From an uncultured virus (IMG/VR IMGVR_UViG_3300029305_009755) (Duplodnaviria; Heunggongvirae; Uroviricota; Caudoviricetes), in IMG/VR virus record IMGVR_UViG_3300029305_009755: 20,000 nucleotides of DNA; one strand, written 5' to 3'. The notes beneath the pieces are model-generated. The model was not told where the DNA came from. It saw only the letters and a program-made list of their open reading frames with translations, and searched no databases. This document shows positions 17,923 through 20,000 of this stretch, in pieces. A program made the translations under genes and the position numbers. Each line of letters opens with the position of its first letter. The stretch's first letter is position 1.

Positions 17923-18001
17923 GGAAGAAGCGGTCACGTCTCCACTGATAACCGATGAAGAATCAGTACTCCAAGTAACCAGCCTGGAGTACTGGTTCTA
18001 A
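17909..18001 (+). CDS. Micro-ORF or +1-frame extension MSFLEEEAVTSPLITDEESVLQVTSLEYWF
   Basis: Not in the ORF track. Overlaps the stop of the upstream gene in the +1 frame and ends immediately before a hairpin. A homologous copy at 18772-18858 has synonymous differences. Confidence 0.5.
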   Translation: MSFLEEEAVTSPLITDEESVLQVTSLEYWF

Positions 18002-18002
18002 G
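17949..18002 (+). repeat. Direct repeat copy 1 (54 nt, 42/54 identical to 18806-18859)
   Basis: Ungapped alignment by eye: taaccgatgaagaatcag...agcctggagtactggttctaag versus taaccgaagaagagccag...agcctggaatactggttctaag. Confidence 0.85.
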
Positions 18003-18022
18003 AGAGGGGTTCAACCCCTCTC
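18002..18022. terminator. Hairpin between convergent genes
   Basis: GAGAGGGGTT-C-AACCCCTCTC, overlapping the HNH stop codon. Confidence 0.7.
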
Positions 18023-18680
18023 AAACTTTCCTGTGGTTTCCAACGGGAGATATAGTCAAGGCATCTTCAACTGACCATCCCCTCTTTAAACGACCGATTA
18101 TAGTTGCGGGCTGGATCCCTACCTCCCTACCCCAATCTGATACAGATTTAGTCTCTCCGTGCCAATCCAGGTAATGATTATTGCGTTTATTGTTACTTTG
18201 AATGATATTTGAAGTCCATCTGCAATTTTCAGGACTATATGGGCCATCATTATCAATACGATCCAAGGATAGATCTTTAGCCCACCCATTAGCGTAACTC
18301 CATTGAAGAAATGCAGGAAAATTATCTTCCCACTCTTCACATACACATATGCCACGCCCGCCATATCTAATATAACTGGGATCGTTTGGATTGTTACAAC
18401 GGTTACGCATTCCAATCCATCTCCTGTAGATAACCTTGCCAGAAGGGGTTTCTCTACCATCTCTAATCCTTCTTTCAAACTTAGGTGATCTACGAAAATC
18501 GTCAAGCATGCATCCACAAGAACGCGTGTTTCCAGAAGTTAGAACTCTCGAAGTTTTTTGAATCGTTTTTCCACAATCGCATATGCAAGTCCATAATGAT
18601 GAGCCTTGCAATTCTTCGCCACTGTAACATATAACTTTCAATCTGCCAAATTTTTGTCCAGATAGATCCTTTTTATACAT
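18021..18680 (-). CDS. Phage-type HNH (His-Me finger) homing endonuclease
   Basis: DLSGQKFGRL, WTCICDCG, TRSCGC, YGGRGICVCEEW and LSLDRIDNDGPYSPENCRW..QSNNKRNN. Visibly AT-richer than the head module. Confidence 0.88.
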   Translation of the reverse strand: MYKKDLSGQKFGRLKVICYSGEELQGSSLWTCICDCGKTIQKTSRVLTSGNTRSCGCMLDDFRRSPKFERRIRDGRETPSGKVIYRRWIGMRNRCNNPNDPSYIRYGGRGICVCEEWEDNFPAFLQWSYANGWAKDLSLDRIDNDGPYSPENCRWTSNIIQSNNKRNNHYLDWHGETKSVSDWGREVGIQPATIIGRLKRGWSVEDALTISPVGNHRKV

Positions 18681-18762
18681 CGCAATCTACAACCTCATCG
18701 CAGAATTATGCGGAAACACACTGCGATGGGATGTGCTTTCGGGTTTGCAACCCCTATCCGCA
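18678..18762 (-). ncRNA. Candidate structured 5' leader RNA of the HNH gene
   Basis: Three-stem junction UGCGGA/UCCGCA, GGGUU/AACCC and AAGCACAU/GUGUGUUU. The loop CCCAUCGCA is complementary to two downstream UGCGAUG sites. Confidence 0.5.
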
Positions 18763-18771
18763 AGTTATACT

Positions 18772-18858
18772 ATGCAACTCAGGTATAATACCTTTCCTCA
18801 ACAAGTAACCGAAGAAGAGCCAGCAGCTCAGGTGATGAGCCTGGAATACTGGTTCTAA
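18772..18858 (+). CDS. Micro-ORF or orphan gene 3' end MQLRYNTFPQQVTEEEPAAQVMSLEYWF
   Basis: Not in the ORF track. Homologous to 17909-18001 and followed by a hairpin. Confidence 0.4.
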   Translation: MQLRYNTFPQQVTEEEPAAQVMSLEYWF

Positions 18859-18859
18859 G
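18806..18859 (+). repeat. Direct repeat copy 2
   Basis: Aligns without gaps to 17949-18002. Confidence 0.85.
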
Positions 18860-18874
18860 GGGGATAAATCCCCC
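18859..18874 (+). terminator. Hairpin after repeat copy 2
   Basis: GGGGGA-TAAA-TCCCCC followed by CAAACT, as in copy 1. Confidence 0.6.
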
Positions 18875-18880
18875 CAAACT

Positions 18881-18909
18881 CCTTATTTTTACTGCGATTA
18901 ACAACAAGG
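18881..18909. other. Candidate tyrosine-recombinase crossover site
   Basis: CCTTATTTTTA-CTGCGAT-TAACAACAAGG: 11-bp inverted arms (9/11 match) around a 7-bp asymmetric spacer. Confidence 0.45.
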
Positions 18910-19382
18910 CTGACGCATCTGCTGTGTCTACCCTCCAATCCACCGTAAATACGATCAATACATATGCCATCAAATCTGCAGGTACCTNNNNNNNNNNTCA
19001 GAGTGGTGAAGCATTCCCAATTGGGGCAATTTTCATTTCAGTGGATTCTACTAATCCTGCAACATCTCTGGGTTATGGTACATGGGTAGCATTTGCACAA
19101 GGGCGTTGTCTGATTGGTGTGGGAACATCTGATCAAACATTTACAGCAGGTGCAACGGGTGGAAAATCTACACACAAGCTAACTGTATCGGAAATGCCTG
19201 CTCATACACATACCGCAAAATATTCATCATCAGGTAATGGAGCTAATACATATGTAATTGGTTCAGCTCAGAATAATAGTTCCGCGTCTAAAACTGTGAC
19301 GACAGATAGTACAGGAGGATCCTCTGCACATAACAATCTTCAACCATATGTCGTTGTATATATGTGGAAAAGGACTGCGTAA
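18891..19382 (+). CDS. Start-less tail-fibre/baseplate C-terminal cassette (T4 gp10 C-terminal-like domain), interrupted by an assembly gap
   Basis: Reads TAINNKADASAVSTLQSTV... with no ATG or RBS. After the gap it reads FPIGAIFISVDSTNP..GTW..GRCLIGVG..GATGG..H.LT..EMPAHTH..HNNLQPYVVVYMWKRTA. Frame continuity across the Ns is unverified. Confidence 0.7.
   Translation, partial: TAINNKADASAVSTLQSTVNTINTYAIKSAGTXXXXQSGEAFPIGAIFISVDSTNPATSLGYGTWVAFAQGRCLIGVGTSDQTFTAGATGGKSTHKLTVSEMPAHTHTAKYSSSGNGANTYVIGSAQNNSSASKTVTTDSTGGSSAHNNLQPYVVVYMWKRTA
18988..18997. other. Assembly gap (10 N, true length unknown)
   Basis: Run of n in the sequence. Confidence 0.99.
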
Positions 19383-19388
19383 ATAATT

Positions 19389-19410
19389 TAAGGGCCCATA
19401 TGGGCCCTTA
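19389..19410. terminator. Perfect 22-bp palindrome, bidirectional terminator candidate
   Basis: TAAGGGCCCATATGGGCCCTTA between two convergent TAA stops. Confidence 0.75.
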
Positions 19411-19411
19411 T

Positions 19412-19999
19412 TTATAGCAAATTGTATACACATGAGCCAAACTGTAATGTAGCCGAATCGACCCTTACATAAGTCCCGCCCAAGTAAATACTTAGCTTAC
19501 ACTGTGCTAAATCTTTTGCAGATATTGTAAGAGATCCACTTCTATCGGTGTGACCACTTAAGTCGGTTACTGTTGACCCCGTGGTGATTTTTATACATAG
19601 CTCGTCATAAGACCCGTAATTTGAGTATACGCTATAATTTAATGTTGCAGACTTCCCGCCTGGATTGTTTATGTTCCATTTAGCAACGAATGTATTTGGA
19701 CCAGAAGTAACAGCCTCTATTGTCTGAGTTATTTCCAAATCACTGAGCGTGTCAGCCCAATATCCCTGTCCGCTCCCGTCACTCGTCCAGACCTGTCCAG
19801 CCGTTCCAGCAGTTGTGGGCGGATAGATTGTCACAGTTGTCACCCCCGTAATGTGTCCCTGAGCATCAAACTTCAGTCTTGGAACTGCTGTAGCACTTCC
19901 GATATAGGATGTCTGTGCCGTGACCGAATTTGAATGATTGATGGTCTTCCCATCGTCGGCGATGGTGATTCCAGTTCCTCCGACGATGTCGTTCTGCTT
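19412..19999 (-). CDS. Tail fibre protein, 3' part (starts beyond the window)
   Basis: Frame is open to the window edge: KQNDIVGGTGITIADDGKTINHSNSVTA..FDAQGHITG..TAGTAGQVWTSDGSGQGYW, followed by an AT-richer beta-rich tip domain. Confidence 0.75.
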   Translation of the reverse strand, partial: KQNDIVGGTGITIADDGKTINHSNSVTAQTSYIGSATAVPRLKFDAQGHITGVTTVTIYPPTTAGTAGQVWTSDGSGQGYWADTLSDLEITQTIEAVTSGPNTFVAKWNINNPGGKSATLNYSVYSNYGSYDELCIKITTGSTVTDLSGHTDRSGSLTISAKDLAQCKLSIYLGGTYVRVDSATLQFGSCVYNLL

Positions 20000-20000
20000 G

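Noticed and set aside
17920..18000. UGA plus downstream hairpin as selenocysteine recoding
   Set aside because: Readthrough gives only 11 more residues before another TGA, the conserved peptide is in the +1 frame, and no Sec context is evident.
18709..18762. Hammerhead ribozyme
   Set aside because: A three-stem junction with GAAA is present but the CUGANGA core is missing.
18021..18770. Group I intron, or IS200/IS605-type (IscB/TnpB) element
   Set aside because: The HNH is antisense to the flanking gene, there is no room for a group I core, and no RuvC motifs are seen.
17949..18859. Repeat pair as a diversity-generating retroelement TR/VR
   Set aside because: Mismatches are not restricted to adenines in either copy or strand, and there is no reverse transcriptase in the window.
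1..20000. CRISPR array, tRNA or rRNA genes
   Set aside because: No regularly spaced repeats or cloverleaf-like sequences were seen in the short intergenic regions.

Overview
This window is part of a tailed dsDNA virus genome (Caudoviricetes). The host is probably archaeal, most consistent with Thermoplasmata/Methanomassiliicoccales. That is an inference from TATA-like boxes about 25-30 nt before starts, GGTGA/GGAGGTG ribosome sites, a halovirus-type capsid protein and near absence of TAG stops. On the minus strand, 13765->51 is a packaging and head module: two probable internal head proteins, a Zn-ribbon protein, TerS, PBSX-type TerL, portal, an HK97 gp10-like protein, an HTH protein, a ChaB-fused prohead protease, an acidic scaffold and the major capsid protein. 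A tyrosine recombinase (+) sits between head and tail genes. It is followed by a tail-fibre-like gene, a Zn-finger gene, a Cys-rich membrane/coiled-coil gene, an HNH endonuclease and two convergent tail-fibre C-termini. Four signals stand out. (1) A start-less fibre cassette begins exactly at an 11-7-11 tyrosine-recombinase-type site and faces a fibre gene across a perfect palindrome, suggesting an invertible host-range switch. (2) The HNH gene is bracketed by two diverged copies of a micro-ORF ending SLEYWF plus hairpin, one reachable by a +1 frameshift. (3) The HNH gene has a multi-stem leader whose loop is complementary to its own RBS and start codon. (4) Several head proteins share a short Met-rich helix motif and K-[S/A/G] sites, suggesting a capsid-targeting and processing code. 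A 10-N assembly gap lies at 18988-18997. No database searches were run; family calls are from motif recognition.
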